A DNA stretch of 64,000 bases, taken from contig OY969801.1 in assembly GCA_963703225.1 (NCBI GenBank), positions 384,001-448,000 of the forward strand, read 5' to 3'. The DNA is from Candidatus Eiseniibacteriota bacterium. GTDB lineage: Bacteria; Eisenbacteria; RBG-16-71-46; SZUA-252. Positions 24,398 to 34,708 of this stretch are shown here, one piece after another. Numbering within the stretch: position 1 is the first letter of the stretch; every line of letters begins with the position of its first letter. Made by a program: the position numbers and the translations under genes. Under the pieces are notes generated by a model, which saw only the letters and a program-made list of their open reading frames with translations, had not been told where the DNA came from and searched no databases.

Positions 24398-25704
24398 AGC
24401 GGTTCCCGCCCACCGCCCTGGCGCCGCTCGCGCTGGCCCTCCTGATCATTGGGGGGCCGGCGCGCGCCGTGACCCAGGTGCCAGCGGGAGGAGCGCCTTC
24501 CGGGGAGAAGCTCACGGTCGATGTCTGGATCAACAAGGAAGAGGGCGGCGTCTACCGACCCGGGGAAAGCATGCGTGTCTTTTTCCGGACCAGCGCGGAC
24601 GCCTATGTGCTCGTCTACAACATCGACACGGACGGATACATCCACCTGGTCTATCCGTACGGACCGGCCGATCAAGTTCGCGTCGAGGGGGGCCGCACCT
24701 ACATCATTCCGGCGCGGCACGATCCCTACGAGCTGGTCGCCGATGGGCCTTCGGGCATGGAGTTCGTGGTCGCCGTGGCCAGCCGCCTCCCGTTCCACGA
24801 TCTCCCGTGGTATCTGACGAGCGGCGCGCCCGAAGGAGAGGGAGATCACGGCGGGGGCGCCGACGACGAATTGGATTCAGGCGTCATCGTCGGAGATCCC
24901 TACGTGGGGATGGAGCGCCTCAACAAGCGGATCATTCCGCCCGGCGGCGAATCCGAGGCGGACGTCGGCGATATCTACTTCTACATCGACAAGCGGGTCG
25001 AGTATCCACGCTATGTTTGCGCCGACTGCCACTACTCTTCGTTCGGGTTCGATCCCTATCTCAGCGTCTGCCCGGTAGTCGACATCCGGATCGACGCGAC
25101 ATGGGTGCGCTACGCGCCGGTCCGCGTCGGAGTGGCGCGACCGCGCTACTACTATTGGGTGCGGTCGGGAGCGCCCGACCGCTACCGCGCCTGGAAGGAG
25201 CGCTGGTCCTCCATCGACGGAGGGACGACGCTGCGGTCCCGGTTCGTCGTCGAGCCGAACAGTCGCTCCATCAAGACACGCGATCTCAAGGCGCGGCGCG
25301 AGCCGCCGGAGTTCAAGGACCTGAGACGAACCCGCCCCGGCCGGCTCTGGCAGGGACGCGATGAGGTGCTTCGTCTCTGGGAGCAGCAAAAGGGCGACGT
25401 GCGCGACAAGCCGTCCGCCTCCCAGGGAGCCCGATCGGGGAAGGACCGACCGCGAGCCGAACAGCCCGCGCCGGACCAGGGGAAGTCGGTTGAGGGGAAG
25501 AAGAATCAGGACCAGGGTGGCGAGCGCGAACGCGGCAAGGTCCGCGACGACGGGGGAAAGGGTCAGAACCGCGACAAGGGTCAAGAACGCGACAAAGGCC
25601 AGGATCGCGACAAAGGCCAGGATCGCGACAAGGGCCAAAACCGGAGCCACGACCCGGCCCCTCCGCCCAAGTCCGACGCCGAGCACAGGGAGCGCACGCG
25701 CTAG
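24394..25704 (+). CDS. Secreted DUF4384-domain protein with CxxCH motif and charged repetitive tail
   Basis: Signal peptide; YRPGESMRVFFRTSADAYVLVYNIDTDGYIHLVYP DUF4384 pattern; CADCH; RDKGQD repeats. Confidence 0.75.
   Translation: MKRFPPTALAPLALALLIIGGPARAVTQVPAGGAPSGEKLTVDVWINKEEGGVYRPGESMRVFFRTSADAYVLVYNIDTDGYIHLVYPYGPADQVRVEGGRTYIIPARHDPYELVADGPSGMEFVVAVASRLPFHDLPWYLTSGAPEGEGDHGGGADDELDSGVIVGDPYVGMERLNKRIIPPGGESEADVGDIYFYIDKRVEYPRYVCADCHYSSFGFDPYLSVCPVVDIRIDATWVRYAPVRVGVARPRYYYWVRSGAPDRYRAWKERWSSIDGGTTLRSRFVVEPNSRSIKTRDLKARREPPEFKDLRRTRPGRLWQGRDEVLRLWEQQKGDVRDKPSASQGARSGKDRPRAEQPAPDQGKSVEGKKNQDQGGERERGKVRDDGGKGQNRDKGQERDKGQDRDKGQDRDKGQNRSHDPAPPPKSDAEHRERTR
25558..25643 (+). repeat. 18-bp coding tandem repeat (RDKGQ[DEN], about 5 copies)
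   Basis: cgcgacaa(a/g)gg(c/t)ca(a/g)(g/a)an units. Confidence 0.8.
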
Positions 25705-25766
25705 ATAAGACAGATACCGAGGGGCGCAGGTTGACCGCCCCTCGCCGGGACCGGTAAACTCTTCCA

Positions 25767-28700
25767 GTGCGATCCGTCCCGCCCGGCCGGAGTCTGCTCC
25801 TCCCGGCTTTCCTTTTTCTAATCCTCTTCCTTCTCCTCATCGGGACATCCGCTTTGGGGTCCCCGCCTGTCCCCGGGAAGAAGGGCCCGCAGGCGCCCCG
25901 CTACGAGCACGCGGCGACGGCAACCGCGACACAGCCCCCTCCCATCTTCCGCCCCCAGGGGGCGGGCCGCGCCCCGCTCCTCGGCGCCCAGACCTATACG
26001 GTCCTGGCCGTCCGCGTGGCGTTCAGCGATACGCCGATCGACTCCTCGACGGCGTATTACGACCGGCTGCTCCTCTTTCTGAGCCAATACTGGGATCAGG
26101 CTTCGGACGGGCAAGTCACGCTCAACACCACCCTCTGGGATTCGGTATTCACGCTTCCCCGACCGATGGCCTATTACGGCGACGATGATCACTTCCAAGA
26201 GCGCCTGGTCTTCATGGTTCGGGACCTGGTTGCCCTGGCCGATACGACCGTCAACTTCAGCCAGTACCAGAGCCTCTACATCTTCCACGCGGGGGCGGGG
26301 CAGGAAGCGGACGTCTTCGACAACAGCAGGGAGCAGATCTGGTCGGCGTTCGTCACGCCGGATGACTTCGCGCAGGTCTTGCCCGATTCGGCCGGCGCCG
26401 TGGGCATCAAGACCAACGATCAGACGAGCCCCGGCGTCTTCTATCGTGTCTCGCAAGCGGTCGAGGCGCCGGAGCTGGAGAGCCAGGATGGGTACGAATT
26501 CGGGCTCACCGGAGTCACCTGCCATGAGTTCGGCCACCAGCTGGGGCGGCTGCGAGGACAGCCCTCGATGCCCGATCTCTACGACACGACGCCGGACGAT
26601 GGCGGCTTCAATCAGGGGCTTGGATCGTGGGACATCATGGCCGGCGGGGTCTGGAACGCGAATGGATTCGTTCCCGCGGGCATCAGCGCGTGGACGCGCT
26701 ACTGGATGGGCTTCATCGCCCCGGCTCAGGTGATCGCCACGGGCCCGCAGACGGTCTCCGAGCTGGAGCGTCAGGTGACCGCCGATCCGCGGATTCTCCA
26801 GATTCCCATCACGCAGTCGGAATACTTTCTCATCGAGAATCGGCAGCGCGACCTGGACCGAAACGGGAAGTTCACGTTCGACGACACGAACGGCGACGGC
26901 TGCTTTGACTTCTACACCGACAGCTACGCCGGCGCGGAGTTCGACTTCTTTCTGCCCGCGATCCTGACACCGCCGGGAGCGGGGTGCGACGCGGGCAGCT
27001 ACGTCAGCGGATCGGGCATCGTGATCTACCACGTCGACGACGCCAAGATCCAGGCGGGCCTCTCCAACAACGTCGTGGAAGGGGACACGCAGCGAAAGGG
27101 GATCGACGTTGTCGAGGCGGACGGGATCGAGGACCTCGACGGGCCGCCGTCGAGCGCCGCCGGCGGGAGTCCCTATGACGTCTATCGAGCGCGGATACAA
27201 GGACCAGTTCACACCAAACACGGTCCCCTCGACCGCCGCTTATGGAAACGTCAGGACTGGAATTTCGGTGACCCACATCAGCGCGGCCGACAGCGTGATG
27301 ACGATGGACGTCACGATCGATCGGACCCGTCCGGGGTGGCCCAAGGTGCTGACGGGCCGGATTCGGAACGCGCCCAGCGTCGCCGCCGACCTGGACGGGA
27401 ACGGCTCGCTGGAGCTGATCGTGCCGGTGCAGAGGCTCAACAACACCGGGGCGATCTACGTCTTCGAGCCCGATGGGACCGACTTTCTGGACGGCGATGC
27501 GATCCCGACTCCGTTCGCCGTGACCACGTCCGCGCCCACGTCCAGCCCGTGCGTCGGCGACATCGACGGCGTGCCGGGGCCCGAGATCGTGTTCCAGACG
27601 TTGAACGGCGCGATCTACGCGTACCACACGAACGCCACCGAGGTGCTCGATGGGGATGGCAACCCCCTCACGGACGGCGTGCTGGTGGGACAGACCGTCT
27701 TCGGTGGGGACCGCGCCCAGCCGATCCTCGTCGATTTGGACGGCGACGGCGCCCTCGACATCGTCACTGGGTCGAACGCCACCGGGGCGCAGCTCGGCGC
27801 CTCGACGCTTCGCGTCGTCAGCATTTCGGGCGGCGCGCGCCGCCTCTTCAGCCTGCCCATGGCCGGGTCGACCGAGGGCCCGCCGGCCGCGGCCGATTTG
27901 GACGGCGACGGTCTGCCCGAAGTGATCATCCCGAACGTGATCACGATTGAAGAGGACAACGCCGCCAACGGGCTCTCCATCGCGAATTGGGACATCTTGA
28001 ACGACGGCACGCTGATCAAGACCCCCAATATCTTCATGGCCCTGCCGGGCGGACCTTTCTCGGCCCCGGTCATGGCGGACGTCGATCGAGACGGGCATTT
28101 CGACGTCATGGTCGCGGATGTCTCGGGCGCGTTCCACGCGTTCCAGCTCCGCCTCTCCCCGCGCCCCGTCGGCGAGCCCCCGAATCTCTACGTCCAAGTT
28201 TCCGAGGTCGCCGGGTGGCCCGCGTCTCCGGGAGGGCCGGGGCGGATTTCCGAGGTCTCGCTGGGAGATCTCGAGCAGGACGGCTATCCCGAGCTGCTCC
28301 ACACCGGGAACGACGTGAAGGTCGCGGCGCTTCACTACAACGGCGCGCCGCGGTCCGGGTACCCGATCAAGGCCGCGGCGGCCTACGCCGACGCCGATAC
28401 GGCGGGATTCTGGCCCCCCCTCGTCGCCGACGTCGACGGCGACGGCGTCCGCGACGTCATCGCGATCCTCCCCGATGGTCGCCGGCCGGCCTTCCGCGCC
28501 GATGGCGCCCCCATCAAGGATTTCGTCGAGTTGGGCAGCACCGGTGCCAACGCGCCCCCGATGCTCCTCGACCTCGACAACAATGGGACCGCCGAGTGGG
28601 TCGAGACGTTCGATACGTCGCCCACGCAGGCCTCGATCACGGTCCGGGACACCCCCATCCCCGTGGCGGCGGGGACGGTCGCCTGGGGCCAATACCGAAA

Positions 28701-29049
28701 TACCGCGACCCGGAACGCGGTCCTGGCGACAGGGCCCGCGGGGACCGCCGGGGGGACCCAAAACCTGTCCGCGGTGTATGGTTATCCAAACCCCTCTCGA
28801 ACGGGGACCACGACCATCCACTACCGGCTCGTCGAGGCGGCGACGTCGGTTTCGATCCGCATCCTCGATCCCACCGGGACCACGGTCGCCGATCTGCCGC
28901 CCGGCGCGGGCGGCCTGGCCGGCGCCGCCGAGCATGCCGTCCCCTGGGACAACCGGTCCGTCGCGAGCGGGGTCTATCTCTGCCGCGTCGAAGTCCGGTC
29001 GAGCCGGGGTACCGAAGTTCAGTTCGCGAGACTGGCCGTGGTCCGATGA
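25767..29049 (+). CDS. M6 family (immune inhibitor A-like) metalloprotease with FG-GAP repeats and C-terminal FlgD/T9SS-type sorting domain; frameshift near 27190
   Basis: IFHAGAGQE, CHEFGH..PDLYD, WDIMAGG, EYFLIENRQ; ADLDGNG/VDLDGDG repeats; YPNP..TIHY..WD..ASGVYLCR..RLAVVR C-terminus. Confidence 0.88.
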
Positions 29050-29069
29050 GCGGCCCTAAGGAGAATTCA

Positions 29070-29987
29070 ATGCGCCACGCCGTCGTGCTCCCCGCGAGTC
29101 GCCTCGCCTTGCTCTTGCTCCTTCTCGCGCCCGGCGCCGCCTTCGCCGACCCGGGCGAGACCGGCTTCGCGTTCCTCAAGCTCGGGGTGGGTGCGCGCCC
29201 GATGGGCATGGGAAGCGCCTATGTGGCCATCGCCGACGATCCCACGGCGGTCTACTGGAATCCGGCGGGGCTGGCCACCATCACCAAGACGCAGGTCACG
29301 GCGATGCACAACGAGTGGATCCAGGATTTCCGCCAGGAATTCGTCGCGGTGGGCACCCGGTGCGGCCCCGGCAGCCTGGGGATTGGGTTTTCGGGGTTCT
29401 ACGCGGACGAGTTCGAACGGCGCGACGACACCGGCGTGCTCATCGGCCACTTCGGATTCAACGACATCGCGCTGACGGGAGCCTACGGGATGGCCGTTGC
29501 CCCGGGGCTGGACGCGGGTCTCGCGCTTCGCTACGTACGGGAAATGATCGATCAATACGACGCCACCGCGTTCCTGGCCGACGCCGGGGCGCAGTACCGC
29601 CTCCGCGATACCGGCGTGAGCTTTGGCGCCGCGGTGCAGAACCTGGGCGGCGATTCGAAGTTCATCTCCGAGTCATTCCCGACTCCGCTCACCTGGCGCG
29701 TCGGCGCGGCCGGAAGCCGCCAGCTGGCCAAGCTTCAGGGACGGGGGACCTTGACCGCCGAAGTCCGCCAGGCGAAGGCCGACGACATGCACTTCCACGT
29801 TGGCGCGGAGTATTCGTACAAGGAGCACGTCGCGCTTCGGGTGGGCGGGAAGTTCGGCTACGACGACGAGAGCGTGAGCTTTGGGCTCGGCCTTGCGAAG
29901 GACTGGTTCCACTTCGACTACGCGCTGGTTCCGCTCACGTCCGATCTCGGAACCACCCACTTCTTCTCGGTCACTGGCGTTTTTTAG
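29070..29987 (+). CDS. PorV/PorQ family outer-membrane protein
   Basis: FLKLGVGARPMGMGSAYVAIADDPTAVYWNPAGL signature; AAGGAG RBS; C-terminal Phe. Confidence 0.85.
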   Translation: MRHAVVLPASRLALLLLLLAPGAAFADPGETGFAFLKLGVGARPMGMGSAYVAIADDPTAVYWNPAGLATITKTQVTAMHNEWIQDFRQEFVAVGTRCGPGSLGIGFSGFYADEFERRDDTGVLIGHFGFNDIALTGAYGMAVAPGLDAGLALRYVREMIDQYDATAFLADAGAQYRLRDTGVSFGAAVQNLGGDSKFISESFPTPLTWRVGAAGSRQLAKLQGRGTLTAEVRQAKADDMHFHVGAEYSYKEHVALRVGGKFGYDDESVSFGLGLAKDWFHFDYALVPLTSDLGTTHFFSVTGVF

Positions 29988-30724
29988 TCCGCGGCGTCAT
30001 ACTCGTGTAGCGAGAAGCGCCCCTCCGAGAGCCGCGCGTAGGTCCTTCGCTCCATCCAATTACCCAAGATCAAGAACTCCCCGTCCGGTCCCTTGTAGTG
30101 AAGCGGCAGATGGAAATGGCCCATCACGACCGCGTCGTGCCCCTGTCTCAGCCAAGGGGTGGCCAGCTTCTCGACCAGCGCCGCCTCCGTTCGCTCGGGG
30201 CGCGGCGTGTGGTGCCGGCTCGTGTGGGAGACGGCCCGGGCGAGCGGGATTCCGAGGTCCGGATGGATCCATCGAAAGAGGCCCCGGGCGACGGGATTGC
30301 GGAGCGCCTTTCTCAAGATCTTGTAGCCGTGGTCGCCGGGGCCGAGGCCGTCCCCGTGCGCGAGGAAGATATTCCTCCCCTGGATGGAGAGTGTGAGCAC
30401 CCGGTCCGTGAAGGCGACGTCCAGCTCGCGAGTGAGGTAATTCCCGATCCAGAAGTCGTGATTTCCGCCGACATATGTGACGGGGAGCCCCCGCCGTCGG
30501 AGCTCCCCCAGCCCCTGGAGCACCCGCACAAAGCGCTTCGGAATGGCGTGGCCGTACTCGAACCAAAAGTCGAACAGGTCGCCGTCCACGTAGAGCGCCG
30601 CCCGCTCTGAGCCGACGCGGTCGAAGAACGCCAGCAGATCGCGCTCTCGCGCTCGATTGGATTCGGCGGTTCCTTGGCCGAGGTGGGCGTCGGCGATGAA
30701 ATAGGCGCACCCGGGTTCGGGCAT
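29984..30724 (-). CDS. lpxH: UDP-2,3-diacylglucosamine diphosphatase (LpxH-like metallophosphoesterase)
   Basis: ADAHLG, GDLFDFW, GNHD, HGD, GHFH motifs. Confidence 0.85.
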   Translation of the reverse strand: MPEPGCAYFIADAHLGQGTAESNRARERDLLAFFDRVGSERAALYVDGDLFDFWFEYGHAIPKRFVRVLQGLGELRRRGLPVTYVGGNHDFWIGNYLTRELDVAFTDRVLTLSIQGRNIFLAHGDGLGPGDHGYKILRKALRNPVARGLFRWIHPDLGIPLARAVSHTSRHHTPRPERTEAALVEKLATPWLRQGHDAVVMGHFHLPLHYKGPDGEFLILGNWMERRTYARLSEGRFSLHEYDAAD

Positions 30725-30901
30725 GGAGCGTCAGTATAGATGCGGTTCCCACGTCCGCAAGATTGACGCCGCCGCCTGCTCAGGCCGGCCCGCGCGGGGG
30801 CATGCGGAACTGCACCGCGCTCGGTCGGGTAATACCCGCTTGACAGGCCCGTCGGGCGGTTCCTAGAGTGAAGCCAACAAGTGGCTGTCCGACGGGGGTT
30901 T

Positions 30902-31273
30902 ATGGCTGGCGACAACGGGTTCTGGTCGAGGGTGGCGGAGGAGGTCCGGACGGTCTCCGACCGCGCTCGTGGGAGCGCGCGCCGCGCGGTCCAAATGGGT
31001 GTCCTTCGCGTCGACCTGGTCTCTCTCCGCCGCGATCGTTCACGCGCCTTGGCCGACCTTGGCGAGCGCGCGCTGACGCACTGGGTCTGCGGAGCGCCGG
31101 AGGCGATCGCTGCCGATCCCGAGGCGCTCCGGCTCCGGGAGCGGATCACCTCCGTCGATAGGGATATCGAGACCAAGCGGGCCGAGATCGATCGGCTGCG
31201 CGAGGCGGGGCGAGTGGAATCGCGCGCCCCGGATCCCCCCACGTCGGTCGTAAACGAATCAATCGTCCCGTAG
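30902..31273 (+). CDS. Hypothetical coiled-coil protein
   Basis: 123-aa helical ORF; TTGACA-N18-TAGAGT upstream (30840-30869). Confidence 0.6.
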   Translation: MAGDNGFWSRVAEEVRTVSDRARGSARRAVQMGVLRVDLVSLRRDRSRALADLGERALTHWVCGAPEAIAADPEALRLRERITSVDRDIETKRAEIDRLREAGRVESRAPDPPTSVVNESIVP

Positions 31274-31310
31274 CGACGGGGCACCACTCATAGTCGGAAC
31301 GGAGGGAAAC

Positions 31311-32809
31311 ATGGAAACGAGGCAAACCATCCGGGCGGCCAAGACCCTGCTCGTTGCGGGCGGGCTCTTGGTCGTCGGCATCGTCGTCGGTTTCATTCTC
31401 GCGGGCGAGTGGAACCTCTCGCCGCAATCCATCGCCAAGGAGAACCCGACGCCGGTGGTCTCGGCGCTGGAGAGTCCCTTTACCCAGATTGCCGATCGGA
31501 CATTGCCCGCGGTGGTGAGCATCGAGAGCAAGCGGAAGATCGACGCAGGCTCCGGGCAGTCGTTCGAAGGGCCCTACGGAGACTTCTTCCGCCGCCTCTT
31601 CCCGGACCAACCCCAGGGGCAAGGCCAGCCACATCCGCAGATGAAGATCCCGAGCAGCGGCTCGGGCTTCATCATCGACAGCGGCGGACACATCCTCACG
31701 AACAATCACGTCGTGCGGGACGCCTCCGACATCACCGTCACCCTGAGCGACCATCGGAAGTTCAAGGCGAAGGTGGTGGGGGCCGACCCGAGCACCGACG
31801 TCGCGATCATTCTGATCGAGGGAGCCGGACCGCTTCCCGTGGTGCCGCTGGGCGACTCCGATGAGATCCGGATTGGCGACTGGGCCATCGCGATCGGAAA
31901 CGCCCTGGGCGAGCTGGACGGCACGCTCACCGTGGGCGTGGTGAGCGCCAAAGGGAGGAGCAATCTATCGATCGTGGGCGGCTCGCCCGCCTATCAGTAC
32001 TTCATCCAGACCGACGCCTCCATCAATTTTGGGAACAGCGGCGGGCCGCTGCTCAACATCCGAGGCGAGGCGATCGGGATCAACACCGCGATCAACCCCT
32101 CCGGCGAGGGAATCGGCTTCGCCATTCCGATCAACCTGGCCAAGAACATCGCCAAGCAGCTCATCGCCAGCGGCAAGGTGACGCGCGGCTACCTCGGCAT
32201 CATGCCTCAGGAATTGACACCGGAGCTGGCCGAGACCTGGGGCATTCGGAACACCAAGGGGATTCTGGTCGGGCAGCGTCTCCAACGACACGCCCGCCGC
32301 GGTCGCCGGATTCAAGGTCAAGGACGTCATCACGGCGTTCGACGGAAAGCAGGTCGACGATGTGCAGCGCTTCCGCCTGCTCGTGGCCGATACGCCGGTG
32401 AAGAAGAAGGTGAAGGTGGACATCCTCCGGGCCGGACAGCCGAAGGAGCTGTACGTGACCCTCTCCGAGCGTCCTTCCGACGATGAGATCATCGCGCACG
32501 CAGGTGACGCCCGCGTCCTGGCTCGGGATCGGCGTCGAGTCCTTGAGCGGCGATTTCGCCAAGGACAACAACATTCGCGAGAAGGACGGCGTGGTCGTCG
32601 TCGAGATCGCGCCCGGGAGCGGCGCGGACGACGCCGGTCTCCAGCGCGGCGACGTGATCAAGGAAGTGAACGACAAGGCCGTCAAGGACGAGTTCGAATA
32701 CAATGACGCGATCGAGCAGGCGCGGACGAAGAATCCAAAGAAACCGGTCGTTCTCCTGATCAAGCGGGGCGACACCACGCAGTTCGTCGCGGTGCAGCCC
32801 GAGGAGTGA
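31311..32809 (+). CDS. htrA: HtrA/DegP-family serine protease with two PDZ domains (frameshifts near 32277 and 32495)
   Basis: SGSGFII, TNNHV, TDVA, QTDASINFGNSGGPL; PDZ pieces in ORFs 32362 and 32483. Confidence 0.9.
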
Positions 32810-32829
32810 TCGCCCGTCTGTTGGATGGC

Positions 32830-34068
32830 ATGACGGAACAATCACCCACGAGGCCCGGATCGGATCCCCCAAAGCGGGGAGCCCGGACGGGCCTCGTTCT
32901 ATTGGCTTTCCTGGCCCTGACGCTCCCCGCCGCGGGACCGCCCGCGCGCAAGGCTTCGGCGCCGCCAAAGCCGGCCCGGCCCGCGCCGGAGCTGGCCCGC
33001 ATCCGCTTTTGGACCGCGCCCGAGCACACGCGGCTCGTCTTTGACCTGACGGGGCCGCCCGCGGGACGAGCCGCGATTTCGGGTTCTCCGACTCGCTGAC
33101 GTTCGAGGTCTATCTTCCCATCACGCGGAAGTCGCCGAGCGTCACCACCGAGTTCGTCGGGCGACAGCCTGGTCGCGGACATCTTTCCCGGCCGTTTCCG
33201 ACTCGGGGTGCGCGATCCGGATCCGGCTCAAGCAGGCGACCACGCCGCTCGGCTTCGTGCTCGCCGGCGGCCGACGGGAATCCGGACCGCTTGGTGGTCG
33301 ACGTGCCCGCGCCGCCGAATCCGGAGGCGGAGCAGGCGCTCGCCCAGCACGTGACCGAGCTGAAGCGCTCGAAGAAGCTGATCGTCGCGATCGACGCCGG
33401 GCACGGGGGCGAGGATCCGGGGGCCATCGGTCACCGCCGGCTCCAGGAGGCCGACGTGACCCTCTCGATCGCGAAGCGGCTCAAGGCGCAGCTCGACCTG
33501 ATGCCGGGGATCACCGCCGTCCTGACGCGCACCGGCGATTACTTCATCCCGCTGCGCAAACCGGATCGAGCTCGCGCGGCGCTATCAGGCCGATCTACTG
33601 ATCAGCATCCACTGCAACGCGAGCCGCGATCGCGACGCGACCGGAACGGAGATCTACTTTCTCTCGCTCACCGGGGCCACCGACGAGGCGTCCCGCTCCG
33701 TCGCCGAGGCCGAGAACGCGGCGGACTTGATCGGGGGCGCTCCGGCGCAGTCCGGCGACGACCTTCTTTCGATCCTATTCGACTTGCGGCAGAACGACAC
33801 GATCCGCCGGAGCAGCGAGCTGGCCGAGGTGCTGATCGACGCGGTGGGCGCGGATTCGAGGCTGGTGACCCGGGGCGTCAAGCAGGCGGGGTTCGTGGTC
33901 CTGAAGGCCCCCGAGATTCCCTCGGTCTTGATCGAGACCGCCTTCGTCACCAATCCCCGGGAGGCGGCGATCCTCAAGGACGCCCAGTTCCAGACCAAGT
34001 TCGCCGAGCTGCTCGCCGATGGGATCGAGGCCTATAAGAATCAACACCTTCGGGGCACCTCGAATTGA
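32830..34068 (+). CDS. N-acetylmuramoyl-L-alanine amidase (AMIN + Amidase_3), multiply frameshifted
   Basis: IRFWTAPEHTRLVFDL, IDAGHGGEDPGA, LTRTGDYFIPL, ISIHCNA, PSVLIETAFVTN across frames. Confidence 0.85.
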
Positions 34069-34148
34069 GTGGACACTCCGCGGCGGGTCCGGGGTATCCT
34101 AATGCGAGCCGGACGGTTCCACGAGGCCACCAGCAAAGGAGAGACAGC

Positions 34149-34631
34149 ATGAAGAACTTCGCAAAGATCGGCGCACTTTCGCTTCTCGCGCTCTGCGTGG
34201 CCACGACGTCGTGGGCCGGGGGCTCGAGCTGCTCCTCGGAGGGGGCCAAGTCGGCCTCGGCCGGTTCTCACTGCAGCGGTGTCAAGTCGTCGAATGCCGC
34301 CCACGAGGCGTGCGGCGTCAAGGCCAACCAGGTGATGTACAGCTTCGCCGTCCCGTCGGTGGAGTGCCAGAGCTGCATCGATGCGATCCAGAAGGCCGCC
34401 ATGGCCAAGAACGGCATCGCGTGCGCGCACGTCGATCTTGCCACCCACACCGCCTATATCATCGCGGACAAGAAGCTCAGCCAGAAGGACGTCTCGAAGC
34501 TGATCGCGGACGCGGGCTACAAGAACAAGTTCACGGGGCAGGGCGACAAGGTCCAGGCGGCTTTCGCGAAGGCGATCGCGTCGGGCGATAAGGGTGTCTC
34601 CTGCTGCGCCAAGAATAAGGACAAGGCCTAG
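34149..34631 (+). CDS. Exported Cys-rich heavy-metal-associated (HMA-like) protein
   Basis: Signal peptide; VPSVECQSCIDAIQKA..AHVDL..LIADAGYK HMA fold pattern; terminal SCC. Confidence 0.65.
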   Translation: MKNFAKIGALSLLALCVATTSWAGGSSCSSEGAKSASAGSHCSGVKSSNAAHEACGVKANQVMYSFAVPSVECQSCIDAIQKAAMAKNGIACAHVDLATHTAYIIADKKLSQKDVSKLIADAGYKNKFTGQGDKVQAAFAKAIASGDKGVSCCAKNKDKA

Positions 34632-34678
34632 ACCCAGGCATAATCGCGCGCCGCGTCAAGCGGAGCGAGGAGTTCGGC

Positions 34679-34705
34679 GGGCCTCCCGGGTTGACCGGGG
34701 GGCCC
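34679..34705. terminator. Hairpin between convergent genes
   Basis: GGGCCTCCCGG-GTTGA-CCGGGGGGCCC. Confidence 0.5.
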
Positions 34706-34708
34706 GGT

